A DNA stretch of 64,000 nt from Azolla caroliniana. Lineage: Eukaryota; Plantae; Polypodiophyta. The DNA is taken from positions 25,358,001 to 25,422,000 of the forward strand of contig JBHGNT010000001.1 in assembly GCA_043228905.1 (NCBI GenBank). Direction: 5' to 3'. The notes beneath the pieces are model-generated. The model saw only the letters and a program-made list of their open reading frames with translations, was not told the origin of the DNA and searched no databases. A program made the translations under genes and the position numbers. This document shows positions 1 to 11,094 of the stretch, piece by piece. Within the stretch, counting starts at the first letter, position 1; each line of letters starts with the position of its first letter.

Positions 1-1341
1 CCCACTTTGTTTTAGAATGGAGTGCACTGCCTTTCCTTTTTCGAAGTTGGCCAAATCAGAACAAGCATGTATTATACTGAGAAATGTGGCTTTGTTAGGT
101 TTGATACTTTTTTGTTGCATTTCCTCAAATGTCTTGAGCGCTTCCACACCATATCCATGATGTGAATATGCATCAATCATACTAGTCCAAGATATAACGT
201 CCCTCTCTGACATCTGCTTAAAGACTAGAAAAGCTTCATCAAGAGCCCCACATTTATTGTACATATTAATAAGGGCGTTACATATAGACACCTCTGTATT
301 GAATCCATGGTCCAAAATGCAATTGTGAATTTCCTTGCCTTGTGTTAGGGATTCTGGAGAGGTAAACACACCAACCAAGCTTAGAAATGTACATCGATCT
401 GGTTTTATATGTAGTTGCTCCATTTTCAAAAAGAGGTCTAGTGCCTTCTTTTCTTCTCCATGCTTGCAATATGCAGCAATTGCAGAATTCCATGATATGA
501 GATTCCGCCTTTGCATACGGTGGAATACAGATGTTGCTTCCTTCAGGTCCCCACATGTACTGTACATTGTGATGAGAGCATTACATACACCTATATCTCG
601 CTTAAACCCTTCTTTAACCACATACGCGTGAATCCACTTACCCTCTGCTAGATTTACTGGGGATGAACATGCTCCGAGGATGACAAGAAATGTAACCCGG
701 TTGGGTTTATGTCCTTTCTGCAGCATCTTCCGGAAGATCTGAAGAGCCTCTTTGGGAAGCCGGTTCTTGGTGTAAGATGTAATGATGCAATTCCAAGAGA
801 CTACACTGGGATACTTCAGTTTGTCGAAAACAGTTCGCGCGCTCTGAAGGTCACCAAACCTGGAATACATGGAGATGAGGAGGTTGGCTAAGTAGGAGTC
901 CTCCTCTGCAACCGATTTCATCATGTGCTCATGTATTCGTTTCCCTTGTGCAAGAGTGGTCACGCACTGTAAACGAGAGGCAAGGGTCTGAGCATTACCA
1001 GTGACAACATAATGTGGGGTATTACTATTCAGCTCAATCCACAAAGGCTTTGATGGCGTGCATGTCTGATTATTGCCTGGTGGTTTGTAAATGATCTTAT
1101 CCGCATAATGATTACTCCTATGCTGCTCCTGCAATTTGGCATGAACAAGATCACAGCGACGAAGAAGAAGAGGTGGAGGTGGTGACGTTGCATAAGCTAG
1201 TTTCGATGAAGCAGCAGCAGGGAAAGGCATGATCATCGAGCAGCAGCAGCTTCCTCCTCCTCCTCTTCCAGGCAGGAGAAGCTGCGTGGGGGAAAAGACT
1301 GAGTGTGCGTCCATATCCATAACCATCATCATCATCACCAT
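1..1341 (-). CDS. PLS-class pentatricopeptide repeat protein (probable organellar RNA-editing/binding factor), 5' part; ORF continues beyond the window edge
   Basis: Stop-free minus-strand frame from ATG 1341 to base 1 (447 codons). A low-complexity transit-peptide-like N-terminus is followed by repeating P-L-S motifs: LLISMYSRFGDLQSARTVFDKL, SVVSWNCIITSY, KPNRVTFLVILGACS, GKWIHAYVVKEG, NALINMYNKCGALDEAFLVFKQMSERDVISWTSMI. The C-terminal E/DYW domains are not visible. Confidence 0.93.
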   Translation of the reverse strand, partial: MVMMMMVMDMDAHSVFSPTQLLLPGRGGGGSCCCSMIMPFPAAASSKLAYATSPPPPLLLRRCDLVHAKLQEQHRSNHYADKIIYKPPGNNQTCTPSKPLWIELNSNTPHYVVTGNAQTLASRLQCVTTLAQGKRIHEHMMKSVAEEDSYLANLLISMYSRFGDLQSARTVFDKLKYPSVVSWNCIITSYTKNRLPKEALQIFRKMLQKGHKPNRVTFLVILGACSSPVNLAEGKWIHAYVVKEGFKRDIGVCNALITMYSTCGDLKEATSVFHRMQRRNLISWNSAIAAYCKHGEEKKALDLFLKMEQLHIKPDRCTFLSLVGVFTSPESLTQGKEIHNCILDHGFNTEVSICNALINMYNKCGALDEAFLVFKQMSERDVISWTSMIDAYSHHGYGVEALKTFEEMQQKSIKPNKATFLSIIHACSDLANFEKGKAVHSILKQSG

Positions 1342-1717
1342 TAAGTATGTATGTATCTATCTACAAGCAGAGTTTCTTCTGAGAGAGAGTTCATCCTTTT
1401 CTTCTCCATCAGTTGTTACCGCGTGCATTCCATTCAATGGGGATGCTGCTATCGTGGTGAGCAAAAGGATGATACAAGCTCTTTGCATAAGAATGGCATA
1501 GCTATTCACTACCTGTGGATCCTCAAAGGAGGGTGGGAGGATCAGGGATCCCAGCTCTTCGCTGAAAACATAAGATGAATCGCAGGAAGCAGAGTAGGCA
1601 GGCAGTAGCGGCCCCAAACGAAGTCTCCTTTACCTCAGGAAGTGGCTGGTCCTGGTGCTATATTTATAAATTCCAATATATTTGCTGGCTTTCTCATCGT
1701 ATAAGAAGAAGATTGTG

Positions 1718-1743
1718 CTCTCTCTCTCTCTCTCTCTCTCTCT
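1718..1743. repeat. (CT)n microsatellite upstream of the PPR gene
   Basis: Direct read. Confidence 0.95.
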
Positions 1744-2149
1744 TGGGGTTGTCCATGACTCCATATATGTATCGTATGTATGTATTGGGTCATATATTTA
1801 GGGAGTGTGGCATCTCGATGGCGTTTTGTAAGGAAAACTAATGATGGAAAGGAGAGCTGGCGGGCCATGGTTGAGTATATATGTGGTAAGAGATCTTGTT
1901 GGATGTGTGATGATGATTCTAAGTTTCTATTAGTTCATGGGCAAAGTGCATGATCGTGCATGGGGGGCAAGATGGGTGATGAATGTGAAGGTGGTGTGAT
2001 TATGTGTTGTAGAGGGTTATGGGAAGATACATGTGTTCAATGCCAATTGTGTAGGGTGGTGGTGGATGTTTTGGTTGTTTGTATGGCTTCCTTAACCTAA
2101 GGATATAATCAAACATGCAAGGGCCACTAGAATCAGGTCATGAGTTCAT

Positions 2150-2620
2150 ATTGTTGTAGATAACGCGATGATGTAGCTCTAAAAAATGTTTTCCAACCAT
2201 GTGGTGTAATCATGAGTCAATTAACCTCCCATTGAAGATAACAAGGTGGCATTGAAACGCAAGCTAGCCATGAGTTCATTGAGTAACTAGATGGTTTTGG
2301 GAACCTGATCTTTAGTAAATGTTTGCCAATTATATATTATGTTGTATGTTCCCAAGTCAATCGAGGCCCTACAAGTTCTTGAATTCTCTAAATGTATACA
2401 TAATCCTTGGTTCTTCAAGTCATGGGTACCATATTGTCTTGTTTCGCATCCTTGCATTGAAATCACTTGTGAAGAATGCTTAGCCAAGACTTGAGTACAG
2501 CATATTGTTCTCAAATCAAGAAAATACAATAATTGGATGGTATCACAATTGAACTTATGAAGAGTGGAATTTTGAGGCTGGATAATGCTAGCCTTGGAGA
2601 CTCAAGGAAGGATAATATGA
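2150..2620 (+). mobile_element. Highly decayed Gypsy integrase/chromodomain remnant
   Basis: Broken motifs resemble GPYKVL ... HxVFHxSxLK ... YxVxW ... AxWE. No intact frame. Confidence 0.35.
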
Positions 2621-2810
2621 TTGTCTTCCCCCAATGAAGCCACAATTAGAGTAACTTTTAGACTCAAGTTGTCTTTGTCTACGCATAGCAAATGGCACCT
2701 GGTATGACTTACAAGAGCCCTAGCCACAATGAAGCAAAGGTTTCCATACACAATGGGGAGGAGCAAACTGATCTCAAACATGAGAATAAATACCATGATG
2801 AGGACAAAAC

Positions 2811-2811
<1 letters not shown>

Positions 2812-2851
<40 letters not shown>
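2812..2851. repeat. (GA)n microsatellite
   Basis: Direct read. Confidence 0.95.
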
Positions 2852-2855
<4 letters not shown>

Positions 2856-4138
2856 GGTATTCCATACACAAGTGATAAAATAAACCTACATTTATTTTGT
2901 TAAGTTTCACCCATGCATCATAAGGCAGAAAGTGCTTGGGAGCAGGACATAATAGACAAACAAAGTAATTAGCAACCTGAAATCAAAACCTCCAAAATGC
3001 CCTAAAGAATAATGAGAACTGTCATGTGAATCATCATACATCATATATATCTTATCATGTTGACAGTATAGCAAGAATTATTACTTTACATGCAATGAAC
3101 AAAGAATTACTAATTTAATCTAGACACATGTTTTCAAATAAATTGGCAAGATGTTTGAAACATCATACCAAACATCCACGCAATTATACCCAAGCAATAA
3201 ATCAAGGGAAGCCTCTAATGTGAGAGGAAGACTTTTTGAGCCTAGGAATGTGAAGTATTTACTCTTTTGTCCTTTCACAATAATCTTAAAAAGACATTTC
3301 ACATTGTTACATAGGACCTCACTAGAAAGGTACAAGCGAAATAATTTGGGATGTATATGTACATAGTCCGCTTTGAAAAATACTACAGCAAGACATCCCA
3401 TTCTCGGAATCACCAGGGCTTTACAGGAAAGAATGGCTTGATACAGCCATGCACAAAAAATGCTTCAAAAGGTGCTTTGGTTAAGAAATAAGAGAGTTCT
3501 GACAACAGAAAATATACCTCCACATGTAAGGAGGAGGGTCTCTCTTAACTGCCTATTTAAGGCCTCAAATGGGTGGGTTTTACCCATTGTACCTGCAATG
3601 AATCATACACAATAAGAAAGACAAAGGAGGCCATTCATGTAATTTCGGGCTGGAAATATTTCGTCATAATGCATGCATTGGTTTTCTCATAACCAATAAC
3701 GAAAATACATGTGAGCTAAACTCTCTTTATTTACATACCCAGTTCACATTTTTTATCCATGTGCGACAAGCATGTGCACATGTTTCATGACTCATTTCTT
3801 GAGCAATCAAAATGTTTTACATTTGAATTCAATAACAGACAACCACTCAAAAAATAACATATTTTAATATCCGCTAGGAGTACAAAGTTTGGGAGCTCTC
3901 ATGTCCCATGAGAAATTGATTCGAAAGACTCCTCCACATTGGGTATGCTCATTGTTCTTTAGCCTTTTGTAATCTGCTTAAATGCACGTATCCAAAGGCC
4001 TAGCAATAGCAGAGAATGCTACAAACTGCATTTAGATTGTGTGCTGAATCAAGCCTTGCATTTATCAAATTTTATCCGAGGCAAAAGCTAACTTGGTTCT
4101 ATCTCTCTCTCCCATTTTTTTCTCTTTCTTTCTTTCTT

Positions 4139-7100
4139 TTAAGATACATACTCAAAAGGTTGTGGTGGTTGAGGCTCTGCTTCATCTGCTATAATGTTTG
4201 ATTGGGCAGCCTGTGTATTCGATGTGGTGCCTGAAGCAGCAGTAGCTGGTGTATCTGTTGATACCAGGATTTCTATCTCTGATGGTTGTAAATCCTTCAA
4301 CATGACAAATCCCGAAGGTGTGGCCTTCAGTGGCACATATCTGGAGCCTTCAGGAAATCTAATGTACTTCTCTTGTGGAGGTACGACACGTGCGGGATTA
4401 TGTAATGTCTCTCCTGAAGCTTGGTCTGCATCTGGCTTCTTGTCTGCAGAAGAATCAACCTGCACATATTCGACCAAATCATATAACATCTTTAACATAA
4501 CAATCAGATATGCAAATATACATTCAAACCACAAAATAGGCATGGTAAAAAAATGGTTTAATGATGTCTGGAAAGTAGAACACATCATGATATGTGCTAA
4601 TCTATGCTTGACAATTGTACATACAATTTTGGATTAACAAACACAATCTGTCGAGACTTGCAAAATTAAAAAGGAAAAACTCTGAAATACCAGTGTGGTT
4701 TGCTTGTGTCTTAATGCCCCTGAATTTTGTGTTGAGCACTTGGGGGAAAACAATGATATCATAAGGGCGTTTGTTAAAATGAAAATAAACTCAGTAGCAT
4801 TACAGAGTTTTCAACAAAATTAAAACATGTGTTGCACTAGACAACGCCTCCAGGGTAAGTACTGAACAAGAAGGTTGTTATGGCAATAGTTTGAAATAGT
4901 TAGATAGCAGACAGCAATTACATATATACCTGCATAGCATCAACAACTTTCCCTTCATCTTTTGCTGCCGTTTTGGGATTTTTTACAGCTCCATTTGCTT
5001 GGGGTGATGTCTGAGAGCTGTCCTCAGCAATTGCCTTCTCGTGTTTTAATTCAGCTTCTTTTCTAGATCTGGCCTTGGCACGTGCGGAGGTGGACAAAAC
5101 TGCCACAGGAAACTTGATAGTTGTAGCAGTGACAGGAGGGGCTGTTGGTGGTGGATATCCAAACATGGAGGGCTTAGCATCAGAAAGGAAATCAAACTTA
5201 GGCATGTTCAGGTCAAGGTTCAGCCCGATGAAAGCAGTTGGCGCAAATGAAAGGCTTGCAAAATATATCAAGGGATACCAATACCAATACTGGCTGAAAA
5301 CAGCCATGCCAATTACTGCAGTTATCCTATCATGTTTAGTCCTTGATTGTAGGGCAATGGTTACATTGCGTCCACCAGCATCCAGAATTCCAGTGGCCAA
5401 AATTGCACCCATTTTACTCATTGTGTCTTCATGCTTATCCAGAATAATCTTCTCTAATTGGCGCCTGCATATTGATACTCATGAATGATGCCAATAGCAA
5501 AAGGAAAGGAAAGAAAAAACAAACAATTTGTCTATTCAAATTTATCAACCTGAAGCTTCCAACACGTGGTTCGCGTGTTTCTGTAGTCTGGACCAGCACC
5601 ATAGCCATGGCAATCAGAGCCCCCTGTCTAACAAAATCAACCACATCTGACGTAAGCGGTTCCAATAATGCGATCGCTTCAGCAGATGCCGTTCCAGCAC
5701 ATGAAATTCCAACTGCTAATGCTGATCCATATCTAACATGAGGATTGTATGATTCAGAAAGAAGAGATACAATTCGCGGTGTCTGTCCAAAATATTCACA
5801 AAGAAAGCACTGAGGGTGAGCACAGGACTAGACAAAAGACTGAACTTAGAATATCTGTATGAAGGTTCCACACCTGTTCTGGTTCAGAATAAAGAACAAA
5901 CCCAAGAGCTAAGACTGCAGCTCTACGGACATCGTTGCTGACATCCGAAACAGCAAAATGCAAGAGATGTCGAATGGCTTTGTTGTTGGCAGTGCCCCTG
6001 TATGCAAGGGCCAACGCATACATTCCACCATACCGTATTATAGGGTCTTGATCCCTTGTCATCTGTTCAATGAGTTTATCTGCTTCCTCTTCTCTACCAT
6101 ACACTATGAGGGCTATACCCAACGATAGGCCTCTGAAAGAAAACATGGCAATAGATTAAAAGTTAAAAGAATATACACACCTCAAATTAAACCAGACAAA
6201 TTACCTGATGATCTTTTCATGTTGAGTGTCATGTGCATAAGCAAGCATTTCAGCTGCTTTTTCACTTGCAGTTCCGACCATGAGCAGCCCCATACTTATT
6301 CCGGCTGCCTCACCAGCAACAGCATTATCGGTATAAAGAACACTCCTAACGTCTTCATATATATTTTCATCTGCTGTCCCAAGAGCAGCAAGACCCAGAC
6401 CTAGACAAGCTCCATTTTGAATTACCTGAAAATTGCACATATTTAGGACAGACAGGAAAGTTTAAATAGTATCACATAGTCCCTATGTTGTAATTAGACA
6501 ACCCATATCCTTTGTTATTGATATTTCTAACTAAAAATCCCACATACTTCATTATTGGTATTCCTTAGGCTATCGATCAGAAACTGTTTGATCCCTTCTC
6601 CATGATTTGCATGTATCAGACCAAGTGCATACAGTGCACCTCCTTCGGAGTAAGGACTGCCTCCACTTGTTGCTCCATTTTGAGGCAAATATGGAGCCAT
6701 TAGTGATCTTCCTTGTTGCAGATGGCCTCTGTGTATAACTCCTAGACCAGCAGTGGCACTAAATTTTGCCCAATTTGTAGCACGGCTTAACCAATCCTAT
6801 CATTGACACGAACTGATACCATAAGCAATCTTACGATACAACATCCTCAAGCTCTTGATGATCCATACTTTAGATAAGCAGAAATACCGAGACAATTCAC
6901 AAGATAAATTCCAATCATTTCTGATCACTGAGTAACAATTACCAGATTATCCCTTAAAAATGTATCTACTGTGGTTCCAGCATGCATAAGGGCATTCGCA
7001 CAGATTGTTGCACTATGGCAAACACTGTTTCTTAATTCTATGGATTGTTTTATGGTCTTCAAAATTAAAATATCAGACCTGCAATGAAAACACAGGAATT

Positions 7101-9244
7101 TAAAATAACATAAAGAAATCTCTATTACAGCATTTGGGGTGGTTGGTCCATAGATTACCTGTTATGGCCATACAAAAACTGCAACGTCAAATGAATAGGT
7201 GTTTCTCCTGACAAAACCTTCTTCAATTTTGCTAGCCGCTCTGCATACTTAACCGACTCTTCATCATGACTAGACGAGTTCCCATGATGCATGACAGTAC
7301 TCACTCCAGAGGCCTCATTTGCAGTCTCCTCTGTAGTATCCATTGAGGTTGGAACTTGTTCTGGTACAGTGTTACCATTTTCTGCAGTTTGTTCAGCACC
7401 CATGGCTCCTTGTGTAGCCTCTGGATCAGTTGTAACCTTGGGTTCAGGAAGTAAATCTTTGACCCGCAAGAGAAATGCTTGCCTCTCGTTTTCATATAGA
7501 TCAAATACCACTTGAAAACCTAACAAAGCGGCATCCTGTGGAAAGGAATCTGTCAATAGAGAGATTCACAATAGTATGAAAAAAGGCAATGAATGCACAT
7601 CTTGAATACAACCTTATCTCCTTTCAAGAGTATCTCGAGAATAGATGCTACAGTCCCAGGATCATCTAGAAACATGAGACACTGGCTGATGCTTAGGTAA
7701 TCAGGTGTTTCTAGACTTTGGTAAATCTTAACCAAAAGCTTAAGCACCTGTAGATAGAAATATGAGAATAAATAAGCATTGATCGATTTCAATTTGAGTA
7801 TTGGCATGCACAATACTACCTCATGACGGTATTCTCTTCTGTTTACAAATGTCTGAGAAATGTTCACACAATACGTCAGCATTCCAATGACATCATCACT
7901 CCTCAAGATAGATTCTTCGAGCTTATCCAATCGTCGACACTCCAGCGCAATACCGAGCGCTTGCTGGAACTTTCCATCAATTATGCATCTACAAACAAAA
8001 TGAATATACTAAGCAACAGATCAACTGGACAATTTTCCAAAAAAAAGAGATTAACATCCAAACATACTTCTCTAGCATGCGTTCTACAATTGCTTCAAGT
8101 CTTGGATCCACTGTTATTGAGGAATCATTGGATTCTACAGCTCTAGTCCGCAAAGCAGCATATTCATCTATAGCCTTAGCTGGGATAGAATATACAAAAG
8201 CAATAAGTTAGATAGATATTCCAATGCACAATAAAACAGAACTGTCAATTGCATACAAAATCTACCAAGAAGAGTGTGGGCATATTCTGAATCCTCAGAA
8301 ACATCAAACAAGCCCTCAGCCCGCAGCGCATATAGAAGAGAGTCATTTGGCTCTCCAAGGTAGTAGAAGACCTGAATCAAGGGTAAATAAATGAAATTTT
8401 TTCTGACACAAGCATATCTGTAAATTTGTGGTTTCCATTAGGGAGAAATTTTGCTTCTACCTTTGATGCAACCAATGCTGCTAATTGTCTTTGATGAAAA
8501 GTCTCATCCTCATACAAGCTCTCCCTGGAAAGGGGAGTGTCCCAACTTATTATTTTCAAATATAGCTGAGAAATTAATTATATGAAAGTCTCTCTGTCGC
8601 TAATCACAGAGATCAGCTTCTACGTTTGAGGCTGAACAAATTCCATGACGTTAAACACATTAGATTAACATTCATCACAAAATGCAAATCTTATTTATTG
8701 GAGGTCATATTATGTACATCTTAAAGCTAAATGTTTGTTTAACTACTGTAATACATGATGTCATATTACGCTATGCAAATCTTAGTTTCCAAATGGAGAT
8801 ATATATATATATCTATAAAGATATATAAATAGATAGATAGATCAAAATATCATAAAGTTAACGTTTTTCAATATGGAAAACTTGGAAGAGAAGGAAAGCT
8901 GCCAGATCATAATGTCAGCTAGAAAATGGCATCGAAAAAAGGCACGATCTTGTATACACAATCCAACAACCAAACTAGGATAACACAATCGAGAAAAACC
9001 TAATCTGAGGGACAACAGTTAAGAGTGAAAGATCTAGGAGAAGGAATGTTATTGGGGTGGGGGAAGAGAAAACATGCAGGGGGGGGGGGAAGACTTACAA
9101 GGTGGAAATGTCTGTGGAGATTTCGGGCCAGAAGTAATCGACGAAGATGTTGATGTTGGTGAGGGCATGGAGCTTGAGCGATGGGTGGGGCTCCTGCAGC
9201 ATGGAAAGGAGACCACTGGCAGTCGAGACGAGCGCTGTGGCCAT
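4139..9244 (-). CDS. RPN2: 26S proteasome non-ATPase regulatory subunit 1 (RPN2/PSMD1), 14 exons, ~1020 aa
   Basis: Exons 9244-9099, 8524-8461, 8371-8266, 8179-8068, 7988-7820, 7747-7613, 7535-7159, 7078-6943, 6796-6548, 6425-6205, 6132-5874, 5782-5550, 5464-4930, 4459-4139. All are GT-AG and phase-consistent. Motifs: [65 protein letters not shown]. Confidence 0.97.
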
Positions 9245-9342
9245 TGGTGTTTCTTTCTGTTTTTTTTTCTTCTTCTTCTTCTGCACGCAGGACGCAGGGG
9301 GGAGGAAGGAGAAACAGGGGAGCTTAGCTTTTCCTTTGCTTT

Positions 9343-9375
9343 TTTGGGCTTTTTGCTAAACTCGCAAAGCCCAAA
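9343..9375. promoter_or_regulatory. Inverted pair of TGGGC(T) site-II/PRCE-like motifs in the RPN2 proximal promoter
   Basis: tttgggcttt ... aaagcccaaa lies ~100-130 bp upstream of the RPN2 ATG. Confidence 0.4.
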
Positions 9376-10222
9376 CAAAAAGGCAGAGAGCACCAAAAAT
9401 CAAACTTAAACTTACATACATAATTTTTTCTACCCTTCTTGCCCTTTGCCATTTTATAACACATATATGTACATATACATAAGTCTAGTTAACTAAAGGA
9501 GTTATTTGTTTTTCTTTTGCACTACACTTAACCATATGGTTTCCACTTTGGCAATCACTAGTATGATGAGCTTTGATTCTAGCCCTTCATATATATTAAG
9601 ATCATGCAAAGATGTCCTTGAATTCACTAGCTAGATCAAGTAGCTCCTTGCAAAATAACGTTGATTGTTACTCGGCAATTCTTACAATCTACAGTTCTTT
9701 GGTAGATCCAATGCTTTCTTCAACCTATGGTTCCTTCAACTTACTTACTATGTGGATTTCCTACCTAAGGCCGTCATGAGCTAACTAACACTATAATTTA
9801 CTAATCAAAATAACAAATCAACATACTTCAAGTATCACATTAAACACAATTCGACTTAACAAACACTTTAATCAACTCATAAAAATGATGAGATCACCAT
9901 AAGAAATCACCATACTTTTAATAATAATTATATCAAGGTACGTACAATATCTTCTAGTTTATTTTTGTTTGTTCCAACAAATTCTCCATCCTAGTCAATA
10001 CATACTTCCACTTTTCCAACCATTAAACCCTCATTATATCTACATTGAATAATACAATGACATTTGGGTGAACATCTAAATAACCTCTCTAGGTTGCAAG
10101 TATCGAAGCACTTTCCACCAATTTCTAGTTGTACATTTGGTGATTGGGTCTTCTACCTACGTGTCACTTCCTTTGTTACTTAACATTCACATTCTCTTCA
10201 CTCCACTCATGGTCATCCTTGT

Positions 10223-10609
10223 TGTAGAAAGTAACGTGCGGAAGCAAGTATGAAGACCGAACAGAAGGAAGGAAACTCAGGTTTAATGGAGAGCTTGAGC
10301 TTACACAGTATACGCAGGAGAGACAGAGAGAGTGAACTCAAAAAACTATATTCAACAATAATACTCAATCTGTACATAAGACGTGCTCAGTGAGCACTTT
10401 TATACAAGTCCTAGAAGGACTGACTGAAGTACTGACAGTACTTCAATGCTCATCAAGAGCCCCTACACTAACTCCCAAATATATTCCTCACGGAATATCT
10501 TTCCTAACAACCTCCCGGTTTACGCACTCGGCCTAACCGATCGGTCCCAACCGATCCGGTCCTCGGCTTCTTCAGCCGATCCGGCCGATGTTGAGCTTGT
10601 CTCTCAACA
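10223..10609 (-). repeat. Copia 3' LTR
   Basis: TG...CA ends, adjacent PPT (agcttgagggggag on minus), TATA-like tataaaa on minus near 10400. Confidence 0.95.
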
Positions 10610-11094
10610 CTCCCCCTCAAGCTCAACTTGAGGCTCTTCGGGATCTTCACAGCACCGGTTCCTCCTGGCTTCACGCCTCGCTCGCGCTCCTCGACCTGTT
10701 CGACTCCGCGCGCTTCGACCCTTCCGGTCGGCTTGTCTGCTCATGCGGCCCTTATCAGCTCTTCTGTTGTTGCGGTGTTGACGCTTCTCCTGCTGCCTTT
10801 CTTCCGCTTGGGCCTCGGTTGATTCAGCGTGTCTGAATCAAACATCCGAACCGACTCGGCTACCTCCAATCGGTCTTCGTTCTCGTCCGAGTTGGCTGTC
10901 TCCAACTCGTCTTCGGTCTTCTCGCCCTCGATGGCGTCATCCTCCTCATGCGTGGTTGGCTTCGGCTCTCTCCTTCGGTTGCTCCCCTTATGTCTGCTTC
11001 CGAACTTTTCCGCGGGTCTGCCCTCAACTTCTTCAGCCGATCCGATGTCGAACTTGTCAACTGACTCGGTGTCGCGGTGTCCGCTCCTTTCCTG

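Noticed and set aside
278-1617. Short ORFs overlapping or upstream of the PPR gene, including 1357-1617 as a uORF
   Set aside because: They are shadow frames of the PPR CDS, and 1617 starts at TTG, not ATG.
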